From positions 14,560,213 through 14,624,212 of the forward strand of contig OZ234493.1 in the NCBI GenBank assembly GCA_965153455.1: DNA of 64,000 bases, read 5' to 3'. How positions within the stretch are numbered: the stretch's first letter is position 1; each line of letters begins with the position of its first letter. Of this stretch, positions 51,852-64,000 are shown in pieces. The DNA is from Sphagnum compactum (Eukaryota). The position numbers were made by a program, and so were the translations under genes. Under the pieces are notes generated by a model, which was given only the letters and a program-made list of their open reading frames with translations, ran no database searches and had not been told where the DNA came from.

Positions 51852-52171
51852 CAGAGTTTTCTTATTTAGGCAAAATTTCACCACTTGACAAAAAGAAAAG
51901 AAAAGAGGCTGCCTCCTCTACAAAGGATTTTTGGGGGGAAAAATCCCCTAAATTGGCCACATATTGAAAAAAAAAAAAGCTTGAAATCGCCATATTTTGA
52001 CTAGAGGTTCTTGCAAATTACCAGAACATAGCCAGGTTTTTTTCTTAAAAACTGCTTTTCTCTTTGACCTGTAGTCGAATTTGGCTAAATCCCTCTTGTG
52101 GAGAGTTGGCTATCCACCTACCTCATGAAATTGAAAAACAAATTGAGAAAAGAAGAAGAAAAGAAACCCTG
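51852..52171. mobile_element. hAT-family MITE, 320 bp
   Basis: CAGAGTTTTCTT ... AAGAAACCCTG with exact 8-bp TSD GATGTGAA. Confidence 0.88.
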
Positions 52172-52328
52172 GATGTGAAATTTGTTGAAGTAATTGCAAC
52201 CAAGTGAAAGCACAATAAGAATCCTCTTCAAATCATGAACCCAAAAGCAGAACTGTAATTGAACAGCAGAAAAAATCTTTCAGGTTTTGTTTTTGCATCA
52301 CACTGTGGAACTTTTAGTCCATTTGGGG

Positions 52329-53774
52329 ATGAACAAGAGCGTTGTTTTGGATGTTTGCAGGCATTTGGTGGTGTTAGTTACTTGCAAAAAATCACAATCT
52401 CGCTTTGCTTCGTTTTGGGTGCCGCAGATTGTTGTTGGCAAGAGCGCCAGGCAGAATCAACAGCTTGTGTGTGCAAGTCTCAGTAAAGTTCTTCATTCAC
52501 CACGAGTTTGCTGTTCTGCCGGAAGAAGAAGAATGGCAGCCAGGAACCAGAATCAAGCGTCAGATATTGAGAGCTCTGCTGCTGCTACACAGAATTCTGG
52601 AAACCCTAGCAAATCGGTGAGTTGTACAATGCAACGCTTTCTCGTGCGGAGGGACACCCTAAACCCACACCGAAGAAGAGTTTGTAGCTTCTTTGTTATT
52701 TTTTTCTGCAGTGAATTTTTGGGAAACCCTAGAGGCCTGTTTCGGGAAACCCTGCAGGGTTGTCACAATGGGTCATTAGGATCTGAAGCTTGAATTAGCG
52801 TACCTACTATTGAGAATTGGCACTTCTTTGCCGAATTTCAATTTTCTTTAATTTTCCAGAATCTCAACGATTGCATGCAAAATACACATTGTATTGTGTG
52901 TTTGTAAGAGTAACCCAATGGCTTGGGACAATAAATTTTATTTCACAAGTTGAGAGTTTGGTTTTCAACAATTTCAGCAAATATCAATACTAGACCTTTT
53001 GTGAATTATTTTGTGTTGAAATCAGTTGTAGGTACGGTATGTGCACAGCTTGCTGTGAACTTCCAATTAACATGTGAAAGTGGTTTGAAACAAAACTGTA
53101 AAACTTCAGAAAATTCATGCAATGGCACTCAATAAAATGTCACCCCCTGGTATGAGGTGTTTTTGGTCAGGAGTTTGTGAGACTGATGGCCCTTACATCA
53201 TCAACTGATCATAACTTCTCCAAACCTGGACCCAAGTGAATCACATTTGTCTTCTTTACTAGGGTTCATGACTTGAGGCTATCCTTGCAAAGATTCTCAG
53301 GTTTTATTGTTGAGTTTTGAGCATTCTTTAGTATTGGAATACTGGTGATTGTATGGCAGGTTTGTTCAGTGTGTCATTAGTGAGGAGATCAGGAACCGAA
53401 ACCCCAAGCTCCTTGTTATTTGTCATACATGTATAAGCATAGTATCTTGCATTGTTGATGATCTATCAGGTTTTGCCTAATTGGACTATTGGTGTTGAAT
53501 TCAGGTCAATGTGATTATACAAGGCAAAGTACAAGGTGTGTTTTACAGGAAATGGACAGTTGATAAAGCTAAGGAACTAGGCCTTGATGGCTGGGTGCGG
53601 AACTGCCGCAATGGCTCAGTGGAGGCTGTCTTTTCTGGAGCTTCCAGTACAGTTGATAATATGATTGAGAAATGCCGTAGTGGCCCATCATTAGCCCGAG
53701 TCACTGGCATAACAGTTTCCTCATGGGACACACCAGTTCTCCCAGGGTTTGAGCAAAAACCCACAACCTGGTAA
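52329..53774 (+). CDS. Acylphosphatase with N-terminal organellar-targeting-like extension, ~185 aa; exons 52329-52616, 53505-53774
   Basis: IQGKVQGVFYRKWT and LGLDGWVRNCRNGSVEAVFSG signatures; phase-0 GT-AG intron. Confidence 0.9.
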
Positions 53775-56700
53775 GCATCACATAATGTATCTGTATCCTT
53801 GATATGAAACAACTCCAGAGAATTTGTGAAATTTTGTACAACTCTCTAAAATAGAGTATCTAGAGTATACAACTCCTAGAGTATCGTGATATCTAGCTGT
53901 CTAGAGTATTGTACTCTAGCTGTATTGTACCATCAAGCCTTCAAGCAGGTTAGTCAACCTCATTGTCTGTTGTCACATTTGCCCAGCACTTCGATATGGC
54001 TAAATTGTAGGCATGATCTTATAATTGCATTGTTCCAACTCAAAGAGTGAATTCCTGCATAATAAATTTTTTTTATTCAAAAGCTCTAGAGATGTTTCTG
54101 TAGATTTCAGGAGAAATCTTAGGCAATCAAATGTGAAATGGTGAAATTTTGGATTAATGGGCAAATTCCACATTTCATTGTTATTAGCTCCATTGCATTA
54201 TCTGGTGGAGGTGACATTTGAGAACCAGGGTTGCCTCTTTTTTGAGCTGATATTCCAACTGCAGATTGGTTCAAATCATTGCAAATCCTCCTACAGTGGT
54301 TTTGAGATCTTTGAACGATTGTTGGTTTTTGTCAATGTAGAAATATTGTGTGAATAACAATCCAACATCAACCCTTTGAGGAAGATGTATAAAGTGGGTC
54401 TGCTATTATTATTCTGTGGAGCTGACTAAACTGAGGTCACTGTTTGTCTGTTGACAGGATGTGATAATCCTCAAGTACCTGCTATTTTGTCTATCAGAAA
54501 CCTATTGTGGTTTTGCTAGAGATACTTTGATTTGAGATTTCTGACTTACACATGTACAGAGCTTGTTGAATGCAGAGAATTTGGAGCATCTCAGAAAATG
54601 CTCTTGCCCACTTGTTTTTCTTTCACATCTTGATCAATCTGGAACCCACCTCAAGATCAAATTTTGCATTGAAACGATGCAACTTTGGGAATGAGCCACA
54701 ACTTTCAAGGCAATGCTGAGTCCAAATTCCTTGTTGCCAACTTCTTCATTTACCTCATTTTGATCAATTATTGCTCCAATCCCCTTCAGATCAAACATAG
54801 ACACTCCAGCCTCAACATTGTGCCATTAGGCAGATTACCTTGCCTTTGACATGTTGTCATTGTTGTAATGTTAATGGGCTAAAGGGAATATATTGTACAA
54901 GAAAGTCAGGGTTGCCACTTTAAGTCTTGCACTGGTTAGAAAATCATTTTGTGTCATGCGGCTAGCCACTTTGCATCCCTTCAAAACTGCGTTGTGTTGA
55001 GGGTTGAAGACATACTCCCTCCTTAATCTTGAACAGTTTTAAGTTTTCCCATTTCAGCTCCTACACACTATTGTGAAGTCAATCCTAACTATAATCCTTA
55101 ACCGTGAATCATGTTCCTATAAGGATTGACCTTAATATATAAGGATTGGTTCATACCATGTTCAAGGTTAAGGATTATAGGTTAATCCTAAATCTTGAAC
55201 ATCTCCTTTGCTTTCGATGGGCATTCCACCAACATCATTGTCCCCTTTCTTGATAATCAGCATCACCCTCTAGCTCCTTCATTTTCATCTCCTTGATCTC
55301 ATTTTCTTCATCAACACCTCACCATGATATTCCTTCTCCTTCATTTTTCTCTACTTTTCATTCTCTATTTTAAATCATCGTTTGCCTTGGTTCTTAATTC
55401 TTAAGCTTGTGTCTCCTACTTAAGAATTTTGAGTGTCATTTCTTCCTTGTTTTTTTATGTTTCACATTTTGATCATCTTTTCTTGCTTCTTTGATGACTA
55501 TTTACCCTCTTGAATTTCATGGTCCTTCCCTTGGCTTTTGTACTTCTTTTTCACATTCTCTTCCTCATTTTTGGTTTGGTCATCCACATCTTTCCCATTT
55601 TGTCCTTTTTCCTTTTTTCTTGCCATCCCTATTTCATCATTTTTCTGCTCATTTTGTATGTTCAACATTAAACCCTCCTTGTTGATGGTTTCATTGTCCA
55701 CATCCTTCCACTTCTTCCCTTCTTTTTTTTTTCTCATCATGTCCATCATCTCTAGGTTTGTTTTCATCTCTACTTTTTGCCTTTTGCTTTTAAGACCACA
55801 TGCTTCTCTTCAATGATGTTTGAGAATTAGCCATTCAAACTTCCAAGAATTTTTTCATAATAGTGTTATCGAATTGGCTAATTATACTCCATTTGAACTT
55901 ATGCTAAATCAATTTGAGGGAAAACACATAACTACACATCCATGGCCTAGATTAGTGAAATGGATGTCACCTTCAATCGTGAGGGGTCATTCTACAAGTG
56001 GATGTATTATCATCCATTGCGTAATTTTCAAGTTTTGATACCCTTGTCATTCACATTACATCCTAGGCCTTTTGTTACCATAGAATGTCAAAAGAGCCCT
56101 CCAAAGTTAGTTGGGTGGGTACAAAAGACTTTTTCCTCTTTATCACAATTGGAACAACCTTTTCAACATTGGTGATCATGAATTACATATTTTAATCTTC
56201 TATAGGTAGCCTACCATAGAAAGAGGTGAAATGGTGTTGTTCAAAAAGATATATAGGTTTGTGCAAGACACTTTCAATAAACAACCATTTGCATGATATG
56301 ATCTTTAACTAATAGGTGGTCTTTAAAGTCATGCAAACATTGAATTGACCAAACATTGAAATGTTTTTAATTGCATATAATTTAAGTTGCATGTGTCACA
56401 TAGTTAAAACTTGTTAAAATTATTTTCATTGTATTTTTGCAATGTTCTTACCACTTGTTGATATAATCATGATGATAATTATGAAAGTACCTAAAAAAAC
56501 CCCAAACCAATGTTGCATTTTAACGATTTTGAGACAATTTCAACAATGATAACACTTTGAATGGACATGATGAACTTTATCATATTAAGTATTTCATGTT
56601 TACATGTGAAGAATCCACAAATATTGAAGTCAAAAATATTAACATAAAAGTACCGTATTAAATCAAAATTATATCCATTAATTTCTTTTAATTACTCACA

Positions 56701-57589
56701 ACATTAGTTGTAAATGAGTTTGTCACCAAAACAATTTGTACCTTTGTTTTGTTGAATATTAATAAGGACCCCAATATTTGCATTACAACATTCATTTTTT
56801 GTATTTATTTTATCTTGCTTTCATCTTAAGATTTTGTCTTGATTAGGATGTTTGTTAGTTTTGGTTGCTAGATCTTGAATCATCATTAGAATAAGGGAAC
56901 TAATAAAAAAGGACGAGTGATATAGATAAAGAAACAGTAACACAAAACACATGTGAAAGAATCAATAGTCCAATAAAAGGTTTAAAACATAAAAAGAAGT
57001 GTTAAAAATGGCAAGTAAAATTTTATTTTGAAAAACATAAATTTGGCCCTACATTTTAAACAAGTTATTGCATTTGATTGTACATAATTAATATTACGTA
57101 ATAATTATCTTGGAGTGTGAGCACTAGTTGAACAAACCAATTACACATTTGGTGGGGGGGGGGGGGGGGGTTAGTTGTGTGTAATGGAGATAGAACTAGA
57201 TCTTGTTTTAAATTGGACTAGTTTTAAATGCTTTGTGAAAATGACCCAAAGAATCAATCTCAAGACTAAATTAAATATTCCTTAAAAAAATAATAGTAAT
57301 AAAATTAGAACTACGACCCATGGTTCCTTTTTAAATCAAGAATTGGACAACACTAGTCCAAACCCATTGTAACAATTTTTAACATACAATAAAAATTGCC
57401 ATGCATGTAATTGTATGGAAAAAAAGATATAACATATACTATGGTGGGGTTCAAGACTACAAACTTATTTTCATCATAGTTTCTAATTAAACTTCTGGGG
57501 GTTTGAGTAAGAAACTATTTTTGTAATTGAATATTATGCAAGTCAAAATACAAGGTCGGACATATATATTGGTTATTGGGTTAATCTTG

Positions 57590-57706
57590 AACTTTAATAC
57601 CTAAAGAATCTTGAACATGCATGTTATATGATTTAATAATAGATATGACCCAAAAAAAAAGGTAAAATATAACATGCATGTTCAAGATTCTTTAGGTATT
57701 AAAGTT
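57590..57706. repeat. Perfect 40-bp inverted repeat with 37-nt loop
   Basis: 57590-57629 is the exact reverse complement of 57667-57706. Confidence 0.9.
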
Positions 57707-59344
57707 GTTAGTAAGTTCAATTAATAGGATAGAAAGGGATTACTATATGTTGATGGTTTATAATTTAAAAAGGTAAGAGAGCTAATATTTACTTATTCAA
57801 AACAAGGAACTCATTTGAACGCTTGAATGTAACAACTTGGTCATCCATTTACTTGGTTCAATGTGTGCCTTGTTTGCTTTGATTTTGAAACCCAAAAACT
57901 TCGCTCTATTCTTGTTTTCTTTTTCTATGGAAATAAACCGAACGTCCATATATTGTCTATACTAATTTCATCATCTAAAATGTGACAGTATTGAAATGTT
58001 TATTGATGTGTTTTGGAACTACATGTGAACATGCACAATGTTTCTTTCATCACACACAATTGCCTTCCTTCATCACTTCTCACACCTTGAACTAACATTA
58101 AAAATTCACACAAATATATTGTGCCAAAATTCAATGAAAACATTAAATTATATTTAAATTTTTTTTGTTTAAATATGTGGATTTTAAAATATATATAACA
58201 ATTGGGTGAAAAAAATTAAAGCTCCCTCACATGATACCCCACAAACAAAATACCCTTTTTGATACACATGGTTGGGAAATTAATCCATAGTGTCCATCTC
58301 CCCCCTTGTGATTAAACTATTACTTACACAAATTGGTTTGTTAACATTTATTGATACAAACTATAAAAGTCTAAACTTATAAAACAAGTGCATATTTCTA
58401 ATGTGTGAGGTAAATTTTTTTTCCAAGTATTGGCTATATTGTGTTAATGGTCATATTTGAAAATATATGGTCAATGGTTGACATGAATAATAGTGTCCAA
58501 ATGTACTTGAATGTGACAAAGGCAAAAAAATATCAACTACTAAAAGTAAACCCATAATAAATTGCATAATCATTTATTACAATGTTAGAGTAGGTCGATA
58601 CCAATAGCATTGTGATGGCGTATAAACAACAATTTGGAGGAAATTCAAGACTTAGATAAGATGAAATTGAGTTTGGACCTATAAATTAAAATTATGCAAA
58701 GATACAATGTTTTCTTAAGGGTCAATGGAGAAATATGAGTGGTTGTCATTGAATAATCACAATGATTGACCCATTACATGGTTATCATCACTCTACCATG
58801 TCCAAGATTCCACATTTATGGGTAGGGATGGGAAAATAAATTGCACAATTTTGTATGCGATAAACATTATAGAAGCCCACCTACTAGGTATGGTTGAATC
58901 TATTTTTACTTTTCATGAGATTAATTGATCATGTGAAGTTAAATCATGCATGTTCAAGAACATTTATCCAACAAGATGGAAATCTCAGAAACTAGTTCAT
59001 TCATTGAAAACAAGAATTCTATATACTGGATTTATATCGATAATGAAAAATTGTTTACAAAATAAGGAAAGCACTTGGAATATAAGCATAATTCAAGCAC
59101 AAATGGGGAAATACATTATGGTAACCAACAATAGATGACAAATTACAAAATTCAAACACTTGATTTGGAGGTCATGACAGGTCAAAAGATAAACATTTTT
59201 AATTCATTAGACATCAAGGTTACCATTTAAGCGCTTGATAGCTTTAACATTTTATATTCCTTGTAAAATGTAAATGAAAATAGTAAATTTGTGTCATGTA
59301 CATTAAACTTTTCACCTTCTTGAAAATGCTTCTTTTCTTAAAAA

Positions 59345-61332
59345 TTACCTAGTTGCATAAATGTGAAGGGGAAGCCGAGCAATACCAATTGCTTGTAGTG
59401 AAATGGCTTTTGGAGTGGTGACACCAAACACTTCACCCATGTCAATGTCTTGAGGATTTTCTCCTAGTGGTAATTTCCAAGTGAAACTATGAAGAAGTCG
59501 AGCCAATCCCATTTGCACTGTTATCAAACCCAAAGGCAAACCTGCACACATTCTTCGACCGCAACCAAATGGCAATAATTCAAAATTTGTGCCTTTCAAA
59601 TCAATGTCACTTCCAACAAACCTTTCGGGATTAAAATCCCAAGGATTATCATAAGCAGATGGATGTCGATGAATAGCCCATGCATTAATAAATATGCGTG
59701 TTTTTGCAGGTATGTGGTAACCCCCCACTTCACAATCTTGCATGTTTTCATGTGGTATCAACAAAGTGAGTGGAGGATGAAGGCGAAAAGTTTCTTTTAC
59801 AACAGCTTGAAGGTATTCTAGTTGAGGTATGTCATCTTCATCTACTACACGTTCATGTCCCACCACATGGTCCAATTCATCTTGGAGTTTTTTCATAATT
59901 TTTGGTTTTTTCAAAAGTTCCACAAATGCCCATTCTATTGCTGTGTTGGAACTTTCAACGCCTCCAAGCAACATATCCTGACCAAAACAAGATCATCACA
60001 TTAAAATATGCATCAACAAGTTGTTGAACACCATTAAAACTTGGTTTTCTTACATGCAAATCTTTTGAACCACACCTATGTACTTCACATAAAAGATCAA
60101 TTGATATGCAAATAAATTCATTATTTAATATGCAAATATGTCTTTAATTTTTTTGAAATTGCAATCTACATGAGGTAAAGTAAACATTACGAGAAGCATG
60201 GCCTTGATCTTGTTGTCATCAAGTCTATCACCAGAATCTTCCATTGGAGGAAGAGACAACAACACATCAACCAAGTCTTTTGATCCATCTGCATGTTTTT
60301 CATTCATATGATCATGGATTATCTTGTCAAAAAATTGATCCATTTCCATAAAAACTTCTCTTGCTTGAGGTATAAGCCCTTGGAGATCAAATGGTTTCAA
60401 ATATGGAACAAAATCACTGATGTTGAAAGTCCCCCCTAAACGCATCAATTTGGTCATAAAATCATCGAACTCTTCATGTTTGTTGTTGTAGAAATCATCT
60501 TCAATGAAATACCTTTTTGTGAACAACATTTGTGTCATGATATTCAAGATGGTTTTGTGTAACAATGTTTTTATGTTGATTGGTTTTGCATCCTGCAATT
60601 TATTCAACATCACAATCAAATCATGCGTGATTCCTCAAGTTCAAAAAAACTATTTTTTTCCTTTGTTGTGTATGTTCAACTTGACAAACAATTAATTTTA
60701 GGTTTGCTTATATTCCTTAGAGTTCACAATTCTTTCAAATTTGTGTCACAACTTGGAAGTGCAATGAAAAATATGTATGAAGTTACAACTCAAACCTTGC
60801 ACTGCTCAAAAATTTCATGCATCGTGCAAGAAAACTCTTCATCTCGAATTTTCTTAGAGGCTTGCAACCTTTTTGTAGTGAATAATTCTGATGTACATAA
60901 TTTTCGCATTTGGCGCCAATCATCCCCATAAGGTGCCCATGCAACGTCCTTTCCACCATATGTGAACATATCAAGGACCACACTTCTAGGTCGTGTTGCA
61001 AACACTAGATCATGCTCTTGTAAAACCTCTTTTGCTCGATTTGGAGATGAAATCACAATTGTGGAAATTGACCCAAGCTTGAGCTCCATTACATCACCAT
61101 ACTTTTGTGATAGTTTGTAAAGGGAAAGATGTGGGAGTTTACCAAGAAGTGGAAGATTACCCAACACTGGCCACATGGGAAAAGGGCGTGGTGCTTTTTT
61201 TAGTTTTGTGTGACAAAAAAAAATCTTGAAAATGGAATGCAAGATGATCAAGGTTGCAATTCCTACAACTACAACCATCAACCCTTGGGTATGTGTAAAT
61301 AATTTGATCCATATCAAAACAATATTTGCCAT
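59345..61332 (-). CDS. Cytochrome P450, CYP71 clan (A-type), ~523 aa; exons 61332-60796, 60592-60191, 59977-59345
   Basis: N-terminal TM, WPVLGNLP, WRQMRK, KETFRLHPP, PERF and heme motif FGCGRRMCAG; two phase-0 GT-AG introns. Confidence 0.93.
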
Positions 61333-62644
61333 GTGTCACAAGGGTTTTTGCTTTCTCAAGTGCTTTAAAGAACAACAAGCTATGAACAATGAGAATGGAA
61401 ACCTTCTCTTTGGTGGAAGCTAAAACTATGTCTAATGGCTTCTACTTTTTCAAACAATGGTTCAAACAACTACAAGTTTTATGCAATGGAAATCTTCTCT
61501 TTGATGGAAGCTAAAATTATTTACAATAGTTGTAACATGAACCCATATATATACAACCTAGTGGTTGGGACTTATGGACCATGCTAGTTGTCATCTAGAA
61601 TAATCAACCTAGCTATGGTGGGCATCATTGTGTACATATGCCACCAAAAAGAAGGGGCACCTATTCTTTTCAAGATTCAATTCCCATCACTACAAGTTTT
61701 GAGGATAAGGTGGACCAAGGTGAACACGGGTTTAGGTCCTTTGGAAATTTAAATTTAGTCCCAAGAAAAAAAATTGGAATGTCCAAATTTGGCAATTTAT
61801 TTTTTTCATTATTTGAATAGTTTGGAGTTTTTACTTTTGATTTCAAATAAGGTGAACTAGGTTTTGGTCCCCTTATGGTGACCAAAATTTAAATCTCTAT
61901 AAAATTAATAATAAATAATAAAAATCATTTATACTTGCAAAATGAAAAAACATCATTTTGAGAATGTTGAGTCAAATCATCGTTGACCACATTAAATGAC
62001 ATTTCAAACATGATGCCAATATGAAAATTGATGTAAATTTGGTGTATGTTAACAACCCTAACAACTATGTAAACATGGTGCATCATGTTTATTTTAACAA
62101 TCTTAGTGGTAATCCATAATCATGTTCATTTTCCTTGCCAACATATATCATCAATTATCATTTAATTTTTTCCATATCAAACATTTAAAAAGAAGAATTT
62201 TGAATCTAGCATGGTTATATTAAGGGGTCCAACAAATGTGATTCTTAAATTTGGACATTAAGATCTTTGTTCAATTTTATGTTGTGAACTTGAAATTACA
62301 AAAGATAAAACAATCTTAATGAAATAAATATGGGCATAATAGTTAGTAAAACACATGTGTTAATAGAATGGATCTTGTTTGGGTAGTATTTAGATGTGGT
62401 GTAGAGTCCACCAACATTGAGTAAATAGATGATATTCGAACAAACAAATTAGTAGAAGAAATATTTTTGCACATTTTAACAATGATATATAAATTCACAC
62501 ATTGCACACACACATGCACACCTTTCATTCATTTTGTTGTAGTTAAACAATGTAAAGAATATGCATTGAAATAGATAACTTAAATATGAACACATTGTGT
62601 GGATAGCCTTTAAAACACTATTTGACATGTTCACCAATGTTCCA

Positions 62645-62900
62645 ATGCAATGGTTTTGTTTTTTCCCCATTTTGTTGTGTAATGGTTTTGCTTTCTCCCA
62701 TGTTCTCCATATCTATTTTGGGGCATTTCATGTTATAAAATCAAATAATCCTTCGTAGATTCTAAATGTCTCATTTTCAACACACTAACAACATGCAATG
62801 GTTTTCTTTTCTCCCATGTTCTCAAGATCTATATTGGGGCATTTCGTGTCATGAAAGCAAATAATCTTTCATATCTATTCTAGAGGCCTCATCTTGAATG
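62645..62900. repeat. Diverged ~116-bp direct duplication upstream of the P450
   Basis: aatggtttt..tttctcccatgttctc...ggggcatttc.tgt.at.aaa.caaataatc.ttc recurs. Confidence 0.65.
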
Positions 62901-64000
62901 CGCTAAATAAAAATTTTAAGCATTGCAAGTCTTTACATAAAAATCTTGTTCACAAAGCATCTTATCTCATCATAAGCATAGTGATATGACAAAATTGAAG
63001 ATGGACTATCAATGTTAAATTAAGGACATGTATTATCCTTCTACTAATACAAAACATTCCTTTATTTCTATCTTAAGTTTAAAAATTGGTTTTTTTTATT
63101 TTTTTAATTTTTTTTATGGTCCAAATTGATGGTATACAACACCCTTTTTTTTCCAAGGAAGAGAACCTTTTCCAAGGGAATCCTTGGACCAAAATGTTGA
63201 ATAGCATGGTGAAGTAAAACAAAAAAGAATCAAAACTTACATCTCACTTCATTTGTATGGGCATCTACAAGGATAATCATGTAGGATCCTCATTTGCGTT
63301 ATACATTACATCATAATGTCAAAAATAGAATGAACAAGGTTTGACTTTAAGGACAAGCACATTTTTATGAGTTCAATAGAAACCAAATCACTTTTAATAG
63401 CATCCAACTTGCACATGATTCCTTTCTCTCTCTCTATGGATGAATATATGTCATGATACATAACACAATTCTTTTTGAATTAGGAAAGGACTTTATTTAA
63501 ATGAATCAAAAAATGGTGAAAGAAACAAAAAAGGAATATACAAGAAGACTACTTTTGCTTTATCTTTTTGGGGTTGAAACCCTAAACATGTTAAGATGTA
63601 CTAAAAGTCACAAACCATCTCCTTTATTGTATACCTTTACTAGTCTTACTTCACCATACACATGGATACAAAGTCAATGATATTAATGGTTTTAAATAAA
63701 TGGTGGTCTAAGCTATTGTAGTTTAAAATATTTGACAATTTTTAAATTTGATATGACATCAAATATAGGAATCCTATAAAGAGTATGTCCTTTTAGGTCT
63801 AGATAATACATTTTAACTAGTTTGAAACCTTTGCCAAAAAAAATGTAAAAGTAAGATTTTAAAACTTCGCTAAATATACAAATTTTTGGATAAGTTTATT
63901 AGGTGCCATGATAATTTGGACGGGAAAACAATTCGAAATTTGATTTGTGATAATCCCAATTATTCAAATTGTTAGAATTAGCAAGTTTATGATTGTATGA

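Noticed and set aside
55240-56200. K/E-rich and F/S-rich ORFs
   Set aside because: Low-complexity, probably decayed transposon sequence with no recognisable domain.

Overview
Intron-containing nuclear DNA of a bryophyte. The moss-type cox1 N-terminus MNNFAQRW and DNA-PKcs fragments point to a moss; Sphagnum is my inference. Host genes: an SRPBCC/polyketide-cyclase gene, an F-box gene, SGF11, an acylphosphatase and a CYP71-clan P450. The centre (17070-44879) is a nested transposon stack whose main boundaries are fixed by terminal repeats and target-site duplications (TSDs). A ~2.7-kb non-autonomous CACTA (TSD TTT) contains a 25.1-kb Pack-type CACTA (TSD TTA). The inner element keeps a TnpA-like gene but has no recognisable TnpD; instead it carries intron-containing pieces of UBC, RHM, DNA-PKcs and GH3 genes. 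The most unusual feature sits in a TnpA intron: a 6,156-bp unit of two near-identical 2,542-bp TG...CA LTR-like arms in inverted orientation around 1,072 bp of mitochondrial-type DNA (cox1 5' end). One 5-bp TSD (GCAAT) flanks the whole unit, and each arm encodes an orphan 137-aa ORF next to a 198-bp tandem array. Also present: a Helitron, a second small CACTA, a hAT MITE, and degenerate hAT, LINE and PPR remnants. All calls come from reading the sequence; no searches were run.
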